64,000 nt of DNA, from contig NC_079238.1 in the NCBI RefSeq assembly GCF_027921745.1, forward strand, positions 5,332,001-5,396,000, written 5' to 3'. The stretch's first letter is position 1. Each line of letters begins with the position of its first letter. Of this stretch, positions 21,544 to 33,316 are shown one piece after another. A program made the position numbers and the translations under genes. The notes under the pieces were generated by a model, which had not been told where the DNA came from, ran no database searches, and saw only the letters and a program-made list of their open reading frames with translations. Origin of the DNA: Schizosaccharomyces osmophilus (lineage: Eukaryota).

Positions 21544-24500
21544 ATGGATCCGTCTAGGGAAATGTTTAATGGGACTCCTAGAGAGAGTATGGAGGGTGGA
21601 AATACTCCAGAAATGGTGGGAGAAGCAGAGTTTACGAATGCCCATGGAATTCCATACGGCGTGGACCCAAAGAATAAAAATTGGCAGGTTCCATTGTATT
21701 GGCAGCAACAAGGAAACGACTATCCAGGCAAAAGTCCTCAAATGGATTACGGTGCCTCTGATTATGAATCCAATGCTGGTTCCATCAGCCCATCCAGTGC
21801 AGCTGCCGGTCCTGGAAACCCAAGAAAAGTCAATCCTCATGTAGGACCCCATTCAGTCCAACCAAACGAATACGCCCGAGAATTTCCTTCCGACTCACCT
21901 TACTACCGTGGTGGTCCTGGTGTCTCTGGAATTGGCGAAATGGAAGGCCTTGCTGGTCAAGGCTCTGGTCCTCAGGCGAATATCTTTGGCTCTCCGACTC
22001 ACAATAATTTTGTCCCTTTTCCAAACTATATTCACCCAAATCCTTCCAATCCAATGGACACTCCAATCTCCAAAGACTTGTACAATATCCCATCCCATTC
22101 CTCCAACGCTGTCTCCTCTGCCCCCGACGACCCTAATCCATCCATTTCCATGTCTCCTACTGCCTCATTTCAATCTCATCCCGCCCATCGTCCCTCTACT
22201 GCAGCTGGGTCTCCAGGGATCTCTGATTTTCCTGGTGCCCATGGCCATGAATATGGCATGCGAGCTAATTCTTCCGACCTTTTTGAAGAACCCGCCCATC
22301 CAGCCTCCGTGCATCCTTCGATCAGCATCTCTACGCTTCTTACAGGAAGCGAGGGTTACGACCCTTCTTCCCATAACGTTCTGTCCGAACAAATCTCCCC
22401 AGCCATGGCTCCTCCTTTAGACATGTCTTCTCTCCCTCACACCATGTTGCGTGGAGTCTCGCCCTCTCAAAAGCAATCTCCCATTCCGCAGACCGCCCAC
22501 CCCCAAACTCGTCGTCGGTTCCATGCTGCCAACAACCCTCCTCCTGCAAGTCCTGCTGCCCCCATGTTGTCTCCTGAAGCCCCTTCCATAGATTCCGACG
22601 AAGTCCTTAGTGGCGACGAAGATGAGCAGCAAGCCATGGCCACGCGCTTTCATTATCTGCAGCATCTCCGAAACCGACGAGATGAAGCGGTTCATTCAGA
22701 GAAAAAGCGCCTTTTGGATATTCGTTCTTCCCTACACAATCGTTTTCTTTGGCGATATGAGGCTCGTTACAACAAACTTCATGCTCTTGAATACTCCCAA
22801 AACCACGATTGGGCCGTTCATCAAGCTATCCGAGAAGAAGTAGCAGCCCTCGAAGCCGCCAAGGTTCGTGCCGAAGAAGAACAAAAACGACGCGAACGAC
22901 TCGAACTTGAGCGTCTTGAAAAGAAGCAGCAAGAAAATAGCGAAAAGGAGAGACAACTTCTCGAAAGTACCGAGCAAAACGATCCCCCTAAAGAGAATAC
23001 GGACACTCATGACGATAATGTGAATGAGTCCGACGAAATTCCTATTTCCGAATCTAGACCAGAAGCTCCTCCTCCCGCCGAGCCAAAGCCCAAATCACGA
23101 AGTGAAGCTAGAGCTGAGGCCAGGGCGAGGATTAAGGCAAAGGCTCGTGCAAAAGCTGAGAATGCTGAATCTTCAAGTCAAGAGGACCCTGCCAAGAAAG
23201 AGGCCGCAAATGATCAACCGCCTAAGCCTTCCACCGCTGAGGATGGAGAGTCTTCACCCGAAACTCCTTTAACGAAAGCTTCCAAGGCAAAGAAAGCGAA
23301 ATCTACAAAAGCTGCAGATGATCCAGCAAAGGCTCCCAGCGAACAGAAGTCAACGCCCAAGAAGAATGCCAGGAAAAGGCCCCACCGATCTGGCCAAACA
23401 GGAGAAGAAGATGCAAACATCTCAAAAGAGACAGCAGAGCAAGCTGAGAAAGCCAACACAAACACAGCTGAAGGTACTGCTGATGGAAAGGCTGCCGCGG
23501 CTACTCCTAGCAAGAAGAAGAAAACACTCGAGTCGATTCAATTGCAAATCATTAAAGATATTGCCAGAAAAGAAATTCCCAAAGTGTATAAAATGATTCA
23601 ACAAAATCATTATAATCGTTCGACAAACGCTCGAAAAACCTCTCAACTGGCTTCCAGGGAAGCAAGGCGCTGGCAATTCCGTACTATAAAAAATAATAAA
23701 GATATGCAAACAAAGGCGAAACGCGCTATGCGTGAAACTATGGTCTTTTGGAAGCGTAACGAGCGTGAGGAGCGTGATACGCGCAAGAAGGCTGAAAGAG
23801 TGGCTTTAGATCGTGCCAAGAAAGAAGAAGAGGATCGTGAGTCTCGTCGACAAGATCGAAAGTTGGATTTCTTGATTACGCAAACAGAATTATACTCACA
23901 TTTCGTCGGTAAAAAGAAGGTCGACAAAGAACATTTACCATCTTCAGATGCTCCAACCGCTTCTGCTAGTGAATTGAATTTCGATTCCGATGATGAAGAA
24001 AGCATTCACAAGTTGGCCGTCGAGAATGCTCAAGAAGCAATGCTACGAACCCGCGAACACTCCAAACAATTTGATACTAAACCAATTTCTTCAGCCAGTA
24101 GTAATGACGATATGAATGAAGGTGAAATGAACTTCCAAAACCCAACCTTGATGAATGCTGTTGATGTAGGACAACCCAAGATGTTGATGTGTAAACTAAA
24201 AGAATATCAACTGAAAGGTCTCAATTGGCTTGCCAATTTATATGAACAAGGAATCAATGGTATCCTAGCAGATGAGATGGGACTGGGTAAAACCGTACAA
24301 TCCATATCCGTAATGGCTTATCTTGCTGAGACTCACAACATTTGGGGACCTTTCCTCATCATCGCTCCTGCTTCTACTCTTCATAATTGGCAACAAGAAA
24401 TTACTCGGTTTGTTCCGAAATTGAAGTGTATTCCGTACTGGGGAAGCACCAAAGATCGGAAAATTCTACGGAAATTTTGGTGCAGAAAAAATATGACTTA

Positions 24501-26484
24501 TGACGAGAATTCTCCTTTTCATGTAGTTGTCACTTCCTATCAACTCGTTGTGTTAGACGCTCAATTCTTTCAAACTGTTAAATGGCAATACATGATTTTG
24601 GATGAAGCACAAGCCATTAAGTCTTCTTCTAGTTCACGTTGGAAGAGTTTATTGGCTTTCAAATGTAGAAATAGACTGCTGTTGACTGGTACTCCAATTC
24701 AAAACACTATGCAAGAACTATGGGCTTTACTTCATTTTATTATGCCTACTCTTTTTGATTCTCATAATGAGTTTAGTGAATGGTTCTCAAAAGATATTGA
24801 AAGTCATGCTCAGAGTAATACTCAGTTAAATGAGCAGCAACTTAAGCGATTGCATATGATTTTGAAACCATTTATGTTACGAAGGGTGAAGAAAAATGTT
24901 CAGTCAGAATTAGGTGAGAAGATTGAAAAAGAAGTTTATTGTGACCTTACCCAAAGACAAAAAACTTTATACCAAGCTCTTCGGAGACAAATATCTTTCG
25001 AAGAGTTATTAGAAAAGGCTATTTTGGGAGGGGATGACACAGTCGCTAGCATTATGAATTTGGTGATGCAATTTCGAAAGGTTTGCAATCACCCAGATTT
25101 ATTCGAGCGTGAAGATGTGCGGAGCCCTTTAAGTTTGGCAACATGGAGCAGATCAGTATATATCAATAGAGAAGGCTCATTTCTGGACGTGCCATATAAT
25201 ACCCGAAATTTTATAACGTTAGAGATTCCACGACTAATGTACAAAGACGGCGGGCTTTTGCATGTACCGAGTTCGGGAAGTCGAGCTGGTTTCGAAAATA
25301 AATTTTTGAGAAATCTTATGAACATTTGGAATACGGAGCACCTTCACAATACTTCGACATCTAGTGGTGACAATTCTTTTTCTTGGATTCGGTTTATTAA
25401 TGAATCCCCCTCTTCTGTTAGTTATTCTGCTCGTAATCCTTTGTTAAGTTTGTTGGAGGAAGGAAGTAAGAATATTGTTTCCCCTCAAAAATATCAACTG
25501 CGACAATCCCAAGCCCTTAATGACGATTACTATGACAAGCATAAAATGCTAATATTGCCCGATAAATCAACTAGAATCAGATGTTTGGGTGAAGATGCTA
25601 GCTTCAACAGTCCTATGCACAAGCTAACGAATGTCGTTCAAGAAAGCGATTCTCAACTCGATTTGGTTTTATTAGACTCAGTTTTAGTTCAAAAAGCGAC
25701 TGCTCCTCCAGTGGAAATATATTGCCCCGGAAGCAGACAATTTGTGCACGATCAAGCCATGTTTATTAGAGACCCTATTTGGAGTCACTATATGTATCAG
25801 CCGTTGAAGAGCGAAGAAGATAGTATAATTTCTGATCCAGCCATTACGGTCCTACCGCCACCTCGTGACCCTTTGGTTCCTTCATTAGGAGTTGCAAAAA
25901 GCTCCTATTCATTTATACGTGTTCCTTCAATGTCGCGATTTATTGCCGATTCTGGCAAGCTGTCAAAGCTTGATAAGCTGTTGACTGAATTAAAGGCTAA
26001 TGATCATCGTGTTCTTATTTATTTTCAAATGACGAGAATGATTGACTTAATGGAAGAATATTTAAGTTATCGTCAACACAGATATTTGAGATTAGATGGT
26101 TCTTCCAAAATCAGCCAACGTCGTGATATGGTTTCGGAATGGCAAACACGTCCTGAACTCTTTGTATTTTTGCTTTCTACTAGAGCAGGAGGCTTGGGTA
26201 TAAATTTGACCGCCGCGGATACAGTTATCTTTTATGATTCGGACTGGAATCCAAGTATTGACAGTCAAGCCATGGATCGAGCACATCGTATCGGTCAACA
26301 GAAACAAGTTACAGTGTATCGCTTTATTACTACAGGGACTATTGAAGAACGAATTTTGATTCGTGCAAAAGAAAAAGAAGAGGTTCAAAAAGTTGTCATT
26401 TCTGGTGGAGAAACACTTCCAACCAAACAAATGGATCTTAAAGGTAACTCACGAGAAATGGTATCGTGGTTGTTGGAAGAATAA
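21544..26484 (+). CDS. ino80: SNF2-family ATPase Ino80
   Basis: DBINO region (KLDFLITQTELYSHF), GILADEMGLGKT, DEAQ, split ATPase with insertion, QAMDRAHRIGQ. Confidence 0.97.
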   Translation: MDPSREMFNGTPRESMEGGNTPEMVGEAEFTNAHGIPYGVDPKNKNWQVPLYWQQQGNDYPGKSPQMDYGASDYESNAGSISPSSAAAGPGNPRKVNPHVGPHSVQPNEYAREFPSDSPYYRGGPGVSGIGEMEGLAGQGSGPQANIFGSPTHNNFVPFPNYIHPNPSNPMDTPISKDLYNIPSHSSNAVSSAPDDPNPSISMSPTASFQSHPAHRPSTAAGSPGISDFPGAHGHEYGMRANSSDLFEEPAHPASVHPSISISTLLTGSEGYDPSSHNVLSEQISPAMAPPLDMSSLPHTMLRGVSPSQKQSPIPQTAHPQTRRRFHAANNPPPASPAAPMLSPEAPSIDSDEVLSGDEDEQQAMATRFHYLQHLRNRRDEAVHSEKKRLLDIRSSLHNRFLWRYEARYNKLHALEYSQNHDWAVHQAIREEVAALEAAKVRAEEEQKRRERLELERLEKKQQENSEKERQLLESTEQNDPPKENTDTHDDNVNESDEIPISESRPEAPPPAEPKPKSRSEARAEARARIKAKARAKAENAESSSQEDPAKKEAANDQPPKPSTAEDGESSPETPLTKASKAKKAKSTKAADDPAKAPSEQKSTPKKNARKRPHRSGQTGEEDANISKETAEQAEKANTNTAEGTADGKAAAATPSKKKKTLESIQLQIIKDIARKEIPKVYKMIQQNHYNRSTNARKTSQLASREARRWQFRTIKNNKDMQTKAKRAMRETMVFWKRNEREERDTRKKAERVALDRAKKEEEDRESRRQDRKLDFLITQTELYSHFVGKKKVDKEHLPSSDAPTASASELNFDSDDEESIHKLAVENAQEAMLRTREHSKQFDTKPISSASSNDDMNEGEMNFQNPTLMNAVDVGQPKMLMCKLKEYQLKGLNWLANLYEQGINGILADEMGLGKTVQSISVMAYLAETHNIWGPFLIIAPASTLHNWQQEITRFVPKLKCIPYWGSTKDRKILRKFWCRKNMTYDENSPFHVVVTSYQLVVLDAQFFQTVKWQYMILDEAQAIKSSSSSRWKSLLAFKCRNRLLLTGTPIQNTMQELWALLHFIMPTLFDSHNEFSEWFSKDIESHAQSNTQLNEQQLKRLHMILKPFMLRRVKKNVQSELGEKIEKEVYCDLTQRQKTLYQALRRQISFEELLEKAILGGDDTVASIMNLVMQFRKVCNHPDLFEREDVRSPLSLATWSRSVYINREGSFLDVPYNTRNFITLEIPRLMYKDGGLLHVPSSGSRAGFENKFLRNLMNIWNTEHLHNTSTSSGDNSFSWIRFINESPSSVSYSARNPLLSLLEEGSKNIVSPQKYQLRQSQALNDDYYDKHKMLILPDKSTRIRCLGEDASFNSPMHKLTNVVQESDSQLDLVLLDSVLVQKATAPPVEIYCPGSRQFVHDQAMFIRDPIWSHYMYQPLKSEEDSIISDPAITVLPPPRDPLVPSLGVAKSSYSFIRVPSMSRFIADSGKLSKLDKLLTELKANDHRVLIYFQMTRMIDLMEEYLSYRQHRYLRLDGSSKISQRRDMVSEWQTRPELFVFLLSTRAGGLGINLTAADTVIFYDSDWNPSIDSQAMDRAHRIGQQKQVTVYRFITTGTIEERILIRAKEKEEVQKVVISGGETLPTKQMDLKGNSREMVSWLLEE

Positions 26485-26733
26485 TTTATTTAATGAAAAT
26501 ACACAGTACTTCATTTTTAGGTGTCTTGTTAGTTATTATCTTTGTTTACCGTTTACATTAATCGTACCCTTCGCTTGGGGGCTATGATAACAATGGTCAA
26601 ATAATATTTATAGAAAGTTCAAATTCGTATTAGTACATGTTTATTTATATTAAATAACTTCAGGCAAAAGTAAACATTAAGCTCTCAAAATGAAGTGAGC
26701 CATACATATTCAGATTTTTTTTGGTACGAGCCC

Positions 26734-29166
26734 TCATACAGGCCGAAGGCGTTTTGTTGAATCATTTTCATCTGTTGGCGAGTTGGAGCGCTTCAAATGA
26801 CTTTCGACAGTATTGGGCGTTTCTGAAGGGCTACTATGATCTCCCCCGCGTTCCATTACTGAATTAAGGTATTGGAAAGCCCATGCTTTCAATTTGGACT
26901 GTTGAGAATCAGACAACTCAGTAGGAAGAGCTCGTTCTTTTTTATTGTTAACGAGTTGTATATGTTTTTTTAACATAATTTCGGTCATTTTCTTGACTCG
27001 AACTTTGAATTCTGATTTTCCAAGCTTCTCTTGATATCGTGCCGTTTTATTTGCAAAAAACTTCGCCAATTGTGATTTGAACGAGAGTGCAGCCGGTGAA
27101 TGCGAGAGCAGATGGTGCTCCTTAGGACTATTTGACCTATCATCTTTGTGGGTTTGTTTTCGCTCCTGTTTTTTGGCTTGCTTTTTTTGGGCTTCTTCGT
27201 AAGCTATTCTCCTTTTTTCTTCCTTTTTCTGCTGTTGCAGTCGTTCTTCTTCTTCTTCTCGTTCTTTAGCAAGCCTCTTGTGATTTACGCTATCCATGGC
27301 GGCAGATATAACTTGGCTCAAATCAATTTTTGGAGTAGCCGGAGCGCTAGTTTTGGTTGGTTCAGGTTCATTATTAAAATTGCGAACGTCCAAATAAGAG
27401 CTACCATTTGACATGCGGTGATATTTGTGAAGCGAGGGACGCTTATGGTATTGGCCTCTTTGAGCAGGATATTCTTTTTTTTTTTCGAACCTGCTAGAAC
27501 TCCTACTTTCACTATCGGACCGATAAATTTTTGGCGAATTGTTGTCTAGTTCTGGTGTATCTTCCTGCTTTATAGGAGAAGCACTTTCAGAATTCGTTTC
27601 CGTGTTGATTTCCTTATCACCTTCATCCTGAGACGGCTGTGAGGTGACCTTTCTCCTAGGAATGCGATATGCCAGTTCTAAAGATGCCCATTCATTCAAT
27701 AGGTTTTCGGCAGCCTTCTTCACTTCTTCGTTGTCTGAATGGTCAAAGACCTGGTTGACCACTGGCTCGATATTAGAATCTTGTATTTTGTTTCGAGTAA
27801 GCCGAGGCCAATTTTGCATAGTAATTAGACAGCGAATGATGAATTCAGGATCAAATTTAAAGTTGTTTAAAATTGTTCCAAAAATATTATAGCCATGCAG
27901 AGCAATAATGCATCTGCAAACAGAGACATCGGTCGTCAAAAAAATCCTTTCCATCAGTTTTCGAATCAGTGCTTCATCTTTAGTTTGTAGAAGGACACCA
28001 ACAACCTTTGTAGCGGACTCCGGTGATAGGGGAGTAGCCTTAACCTCTTGAATTAATTGAGCAAGATCCTCTACAGCGTTTTTACGGCGTTGTTTACGAT
28101 TGAATGAACTATCCCTGTTTTCTTCTTCTGATAACCCAAGAGCTTCACGAACACTTTCAGGTAATTTCGATTGTGCTTCAGTTTGAGTCTTACCACCAAT
28201 ATAGCCCACACAACAAGGTTCACCGCAGTAGCAAGGCTGTGCTTGAGCGCCATACCTGTCAACGTTGTAGTCAAAGGTCAATTCTTCACCGCGGAGGATA
28301 TCTCTTTTGCTAAATATACCCATGCGAAGTTTATCACCAACCATCCATTTATCCACGTAGCAATTCGGGTTACAGGAATGGTTGCAAAAGCGTGCTAATG
28401 ACCCCTTTTTCGTTGCATCTATATATTCACCTTTTTGAAGCATCATAAAGTAAAAATGCTTGATGCCTTCTTCGTCATACTTGACCATGCGTTTCCGAAA
28501 CTTCTGTTCTGGAATAACCTCACCGATGTACTCGTATATAAAAGTATATCTTTGAAGATCCGCAATTGCTCGGAGGCCAAATCCTTTCTTTTCGGTTAGA
28601 AAAGCGTCCACGGGAGCAAATTCGCGGCGTTGGAATCGTTGATTCCTACATTGAGGTCCGCAAAAGCAATTGTCGTCTGTGCACTCAATAGAAGTCATTC
28701 GATTGATACAGTTGGAATCGGGGCCACAAGCGATGTTAACACCATCCATCCATTGAGGTCTACAATCACAGGTCATTGCCTCATTTTGAGGAGGCTCACC
28801 AAGATGTCCAGAATAAACGCATTTTTCAATCTCTTCAAACGTGGACAACGCTCTTTGATTTGCAGATTCTAAGTGAAGATACAACTGAGGAGGATTTACC
28901 TCTCGAATGGAGTCGGCTGGCTTTGAGGTTTGTGAGGAAGCATTGGATGAAGATGATGAAACCTCGGGCGAATTTGTGTCTATTAAGGGAGAGCCAAAGC
29001 TTCGACTTTCAGAAGATGGTATTGCATTGGATGGTGTCTCACTAGGATTTTCATTTTGGTTTGGTTGTATTGAAATTGAAGTTCTGGACGGCGAAGAAGA
29101 ATCTGGCTGTTCAGACACTTCGGTGGGTAAAGAAGGAAAAGTTGAAATTGAGGAAGTGGTTTGCAT
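26734..29166 (-). CDS. set2: Histone H3K36 methyltransferase Set2
   Basis: First ATG at 29166. AWS cysteine cluster, SET (RFCNHSCNPN, ELTFDY), post-SET CYCGEPCC, C-terminal SRI-like region. Confidence 0.96.
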   Translation of the reverse strand: MQTTSSISTFPSLPTEVSEQPDSSSPSRTSISIQPNQNENPSETPSNAIPSSESRSFGSPLIDTNSPEVSSSSSNASSQTSKPADSIREVNPPQLYLHLESANQRALSTFEEIEKCVYSGHLGEPPQNEAMTCDCRPQWMDGVNIACGPDSNCINRMTSIECTDDNCFCGPQCRNQRFQRREFAPVDAFLTEKKGFGLRAIADLQRYTFIYEYIGEVIPEQKFRKRMVKYDEEGIKHFYFMMLQKGEYIDATKKGSLARFCNHSCNPNCYVDKWMVGDKLRMGIFSKRDILRGEELTFDYNVDRYGAQAQPCYCGEPCCVGYIGGKTQTEAQSKLPESVREALGLSEEENRDSSFNRKQRRKNAVEDLAQLIQEVKATPLSPESATKVVGVLLQTKDEALIRKLMERIFLTTDVSVCRCIIALHGYNIFGTILNNFKFDPEFIIRCLITMQNWPRLTRNKIQDSNIEPVVNQVFDHSDNEEVKKAAENLLNEWASLELAYRIPRRKVTSQPSQDEGDKEINTETNSESASPIKQEDTPELDNNSPKIYRSDSESRSSSRFEKKKEYPAQRGQYHKRPSLHKYHRMSNGSSYLDVRNFNNEPEPTKTSAPATPKIDLSQVISAAMDSVNHKRLAKEREEEEERLQQQKKEEKRRIAYEEAQKKQAKKQERKQTHKDDRSNSPKEHHLLSHSPAALSFKSQLAKFFANKTARYQEKLGKSEFKVRVKKMTEIMLKKHIQLVNNKKERALPTELSDSQQSKLKAWAFQYLNSVMERGGDHSSPSETPNTVESHLKRSNSPTDENDSTKRLRPV

Positions 29167-30503
29167 GACAAATCGGCAAGAAGACAAATATCGAAACCAG
29201 GACTGGGAATAAAAAGAGCGTGCGAGAGAAAAAAAAAAAAAAAAAAACTGTGATAAAAAGATTCTTTATAAATAAACTTAATGAACTTTTATAGAAGAAA
29301 AAGAATTCCAAAATTGAACAAGCTTAAATAGAAGCAAGGACAAACAAAATTCGATAAGATCAATAATAGACAAATTGATCAAATACCTTCAGTTATAATA
29401 CGATAAAGACCCTATAAATAAGAAAACTTCATCTATGAGCCTGTATTTTCAAATGAGAAACAAAGAAAGAGAGAGATTCGCGCAAATTTACAAAGACAGG
29501 CTGTTTGCACTAGTGTTGTAAAATGGCGCGTCCGAACGCGTCAAAAAGAAACTGATGAAAAAACAACCACTCTATTCCTTTGTTTACTGTGATTTTTTAA
29601 ACAAACATATACAAATCGTTTGCAAATCACAATTCTCGTTTTTTAAGGCTGTTTTTGGCGGTCCTTCACTCTCCTATACTGGGTAACAATTGTTGTCTAT
29701 GTAAACAGTTGAAAACGTTCAAGTCAGTCAGGAATATTTTGCACAGGAGATCACTCTTTTTGCGGACTGAAGTAGATTTTTGTATATAGACTGTGCCGAC
29801 CTTGCCAAAATGATTCCGTTTTTGTTAGAAATGGTGGTTCACCACATCACCGACTCTGAATTTACACTGAATCATCTAGGAACAAAACAAATTCCCTATG
29901 TGTCTTCCCGGTGGTAAACTAAAACCAGAATTATAGGATTGAATGAACCCGTTTCTGCTTTGGTTGGGAACTTTTTTCTTTCCCAGGAGTGTCCGTTTTA
30001 CTCGTGAATGAATATTCAGTATTACTACGTTTTGTTTATGGTAGCAAATGCATGAGTCGGCATTTTTGAGTTTATGAAAATCAGCGTAGCGCTTTTTTTA
30101 TTTTTTTTCTTTCATAACTTGACATTATTAGCATCCGAGCGACGCTTCTGTTACTTTATTTTGTGGAGGATGAAATTTCAAAAAATTGCATAGGCCAGTT
30201 CTGGTGAAAAATCAAAAAATCAAGTTTTTTTGAATTGAGTCGAAACCTCCTCGAACTAGATTATCCAACCAACTTTGTGAATTTCTACTCATTCTGTATT
30301 ATTTGTATTATGAAAACTACAGCAGATCTGTTTCTTTTTGATTTGTTTTAATTGTTTTGCTTCTTCTATTCTTTTTTTGTTTCGGCAAACATTGTGACTT
30401 GTTTCGTAAGTAGCACCAAAACGTCACAACCACCAAAGAACATACTCCTTCCCAGAACCATACCCTTTGTAAGGCTCGTCACTCTTTGATTGTTTGAGAA
30501 ACA

Positions 30504-30878
30504 ATGCATTCTAGCAAGCGAACCATGACCAGCAAGGCTCATATGGAGCCAGAGAAGTCTTCTCTGAGACCTGAACTTCCCGAAGATGTCCAGGGATCTT
30601 TAATGGACGTGGGCATGCGAATTCGTAAATCCGTGTCTACTGGCTACAAGTCGAAACAAACTACCTTTCCTGCCTACAATCAACCGTTGTATAATGGCGT
30701 GGCTGAAAATATTGCTTTAAAAAATACTGCCTTTTCTTTCGAACCCAATGGTGTGAAGCGCTCGTATGAAGACACAATTCCTAACTACAACTGGGCGAAT
30801 CCTCCTCCCGATTTTGAGGAACCTGAATGGTTGAAACCTTTTGATGTTTTTATGGAAGGTACAAATGAACGTCTTTGA
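30504..30878 (+). CDS. spd1: Ribonucleotide reductase inhibitor Spd1
   Basis: QGSLMDVGMRIRKSVSTGYK (HUG/PIP-degron region) and PPPDFEEPEWL; 124 aa. Confidence 0.95.
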   Translation: MHSSKRTMTSKAHMEPEKSSLRPELPEDVQGSLMDVGMRIRKSVSTGYKSKQTTFPAYNQPLYNGVAENIALKNTAFSFEPNGVKRSYEDTIPNYNWANPPPDFEEPEWLKPFDVFMEGTNERL

Positions 30879-32166
30879 GTTTTCTTTCCTTTCTCACCAA
30901 TGACAAATTTTATTGTTGTTGGTCATTGTTTGTTAGTTTTCCTTGCTTTTCTAATCATTCGAACGCATGTGTGTTTTTCTTTCTTTCTTTGTATTATATG
31001 TCCGTCTATCATTTGTCTATCTGACTGTTTGGGGTCCATATTTTCGTAATACTTTTATGGTTGGAACGAACCCCGTTATTAATTTAATTTCCCCCTTTGT
31101 GCCCGTATTTGAACGGGTATGCTAGTTTTATTTTTTTTCCATCGTGAATGGCAATTCTTTTTGTTTGGAAACATAGCATAGCAATTGCTAATATTGCTGT
31201 TGATCTCTTATGTTGTAGGAAGCCATAGCCTGCTGGGTGTGTTGGTTGTAGGATTTTCAGCTCAAGTAGCAATAAATGAGTGTTTTCTTTCATACTACAA
31301 GGGTTTTCCCAGTGCAATGTTGCTAGTAGTGAAATAAGAATTGCTTCTATCGTACGCACGGTATGGAAGATTCGTAGAGCCAGAGTAAGATGATGGATTT
31401 TACGGCTGAAATCCAAAAGAAGCGCAAATTGCACAGCGTGGTTTTCTTTCAGTTTCTATTATTTGCAGACAAACCTGTATATCCTATGAAACCACCTTTG
31501 TCCATTCCTAAATACAAATCCATAGAAACCCCATCTCATCCAACCTACAGAAAGCCATAGGAAATGAATGGTTTAACTTGTTTAATTGTACTTTCCGGAC
31601 CACACCACTAAACACTCATGCTTCTCAGTTTTTGAAACCATGAATGCTTTTTCTTTTGAAAACAGGAAATAATTTTTAACAGAAAAAACTAGTATCAAAG
31701 TGTTTATAAGAGATTCTACATTGTTGTTATTGATTTTATTTTATTTTATTCTATTCTGTTATATTTTATTTTTTTATTTTGATTTGTTTATTTGTTTACA
31801 TCCGACAGGGTATTTGCCCACGTCCTTTACCCGGAGTTTTACTCACACTGATTATCTCCAAGGATAACTGATACGCCCAAGGTAACCTAGAGATGTACCT
31901 CACCCTCCCCCTCCGTCCTGATTATAAAAACAGAAAGGTACCCAAGCGACAAAACTTGTCATCTACCATCGCCACGAAAAAGAGTATTTTCGTGTTTGAA
32001 AGGAAAAACAGGAACCATTAGAGGATTCTTGTGCTAAATTTTTGGTATTAGAAAAAAAAATATTGAAACTAGGTGGAATTGTTTCAATCGACTTTATCTT
32101 TCCTTTTTACTCTTATAACCTATTGTTGAATCTATCTTGGAATTTGTACAACTTTAAATTAACAAA

Positions 32167-33057
32167 ATGATTTCTGAAACTAAGGGATCCTTTCAAGTCA
32201 AGGCTGGACTTGCTCAAATGTTGAAGGGCGGTGTCATTATGGATGTTGTAAACTCTGAACAAGCTCGCATTGCTGAAGCTGCTGGTGCTTGTGCCGTCAT
32301 GGCTTTGGAGCGTGTTCCCGCTGACATTCGTGTTCAAGGTGGCGTTGCCCGTATGTCTGATCCTACTATGATTAAGGAAATTCAGGCAGCTGTTTCTATT
32401 CCCGTCATGGCTAAGGTTCGCATTGGCCATTTCGTTGAGGCCCAAATCCTCGAAAGCATTGGCGTCGATTATATTGACGAATCTGAAGTCTTGACTCCCG
32501 CTGATGATGCTCATCATGTTGAAAAAGCCAATTTCACTGTCCCTTTCGTATGTGGTAGCCGTAATTTGGGAGAGGCTCTTCGCCGTGTTTCTGAAGGTGC
32601 TGCTATGATCCGTACCAAGGGTGAAGCAGGTACCGGTGATGTTGTTGAAGCCGTCCGTCATACCCGTCAAATGCAAGGTGAACTCCGCCGCGTCAAAAAC
32701 ATGGCTCCTGAAGAGCTATATACCTTCGCCAAGGAAATTGGTGCCCCTATTGATCTTGTTCGTGAATGCGCTCGTTTGGGTCGTTTGCCCGTTGTCAATT
32801 TCGCTGCCGGCGGTGTTGCCACTCCTGCTGATGCTGCCATGATGATGCAGCTTGGTTGTGATGGTGTCTTTGTTGGCTCTGGTATCTTCTTGTCAGGTGA
32901 CCCAGCTAAGCGTGCTCGTGCCATTGTTCGCGCTGTTACCCATTATCAGGATCCCAAGATCTTGGCTGAGGTTAGCGAAAACCTTGGTTCTGCCATGGTA
33001 GGTAGGAGTGTTCAGTCTTTGGAAGAGAAGGATAAGCTTGCTACTCGCGGTTGGTAA
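32167..33057 (+). CDS. snz1: Pyridoxal 5'-phosphate synthase subunit Pdx1
   Basis: [47 protein letters not shown]-terminal RGW. Confidence 0.98.
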   Translation: MISETKGSFQVKAGLAQMLKGGVIMDVVNSEQARIAEAAGACAVMALERVPADIRVQGGVARMSDPTMIKEIQAAVSIPVMAKVRIGHFVEAQILESIGVDYIDESEVLTPADDAHHVEKANFTVPFVCGSRNLGEALRRVSEGAAMIRTKGEAGTGDVVEAVRHTRQMQGELRRVKNMAPEELYTFAKEIGAPIDLVRECARLGRLPVVNFAAGGVATPADAAMMMQLGCDGVFVGSGIFLSGDPAKRARAIVRAVTHYQDPKILAEVSENLGSAMVGRSVQSLEEKDKLATRGW

Positions 33058-33316
33058 ACAACAAATGTTTTTGCTTCTATTGTATTATAATTAGACATCT
33101 ACCGATACTTATAATTCTAATTTCATAATCTCCTTTTTGGTCTGTTTCTCTTTTAATTGTTCCAAAATAGTCTCAATATTCCATAGAAAACGCAATGTTT
33201 TAATTAATTTTTGTTTGCCTTTGTGCACATTACAAATCATGCTTCTTGTTTGTATTCATATATTGATCTTTAGTAGAAAACATCCATCCGTGTCTGATTA
33301 AATATCAAACCTTTAA

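Noticed and set aside
32113..32676. 187-aa ORF antisense to snz1, and similar ORFs antisense to ino80, stt3, rnp24 and tgp1
   Set aside because: Expected by-product of strong codon bias on the sense strand.
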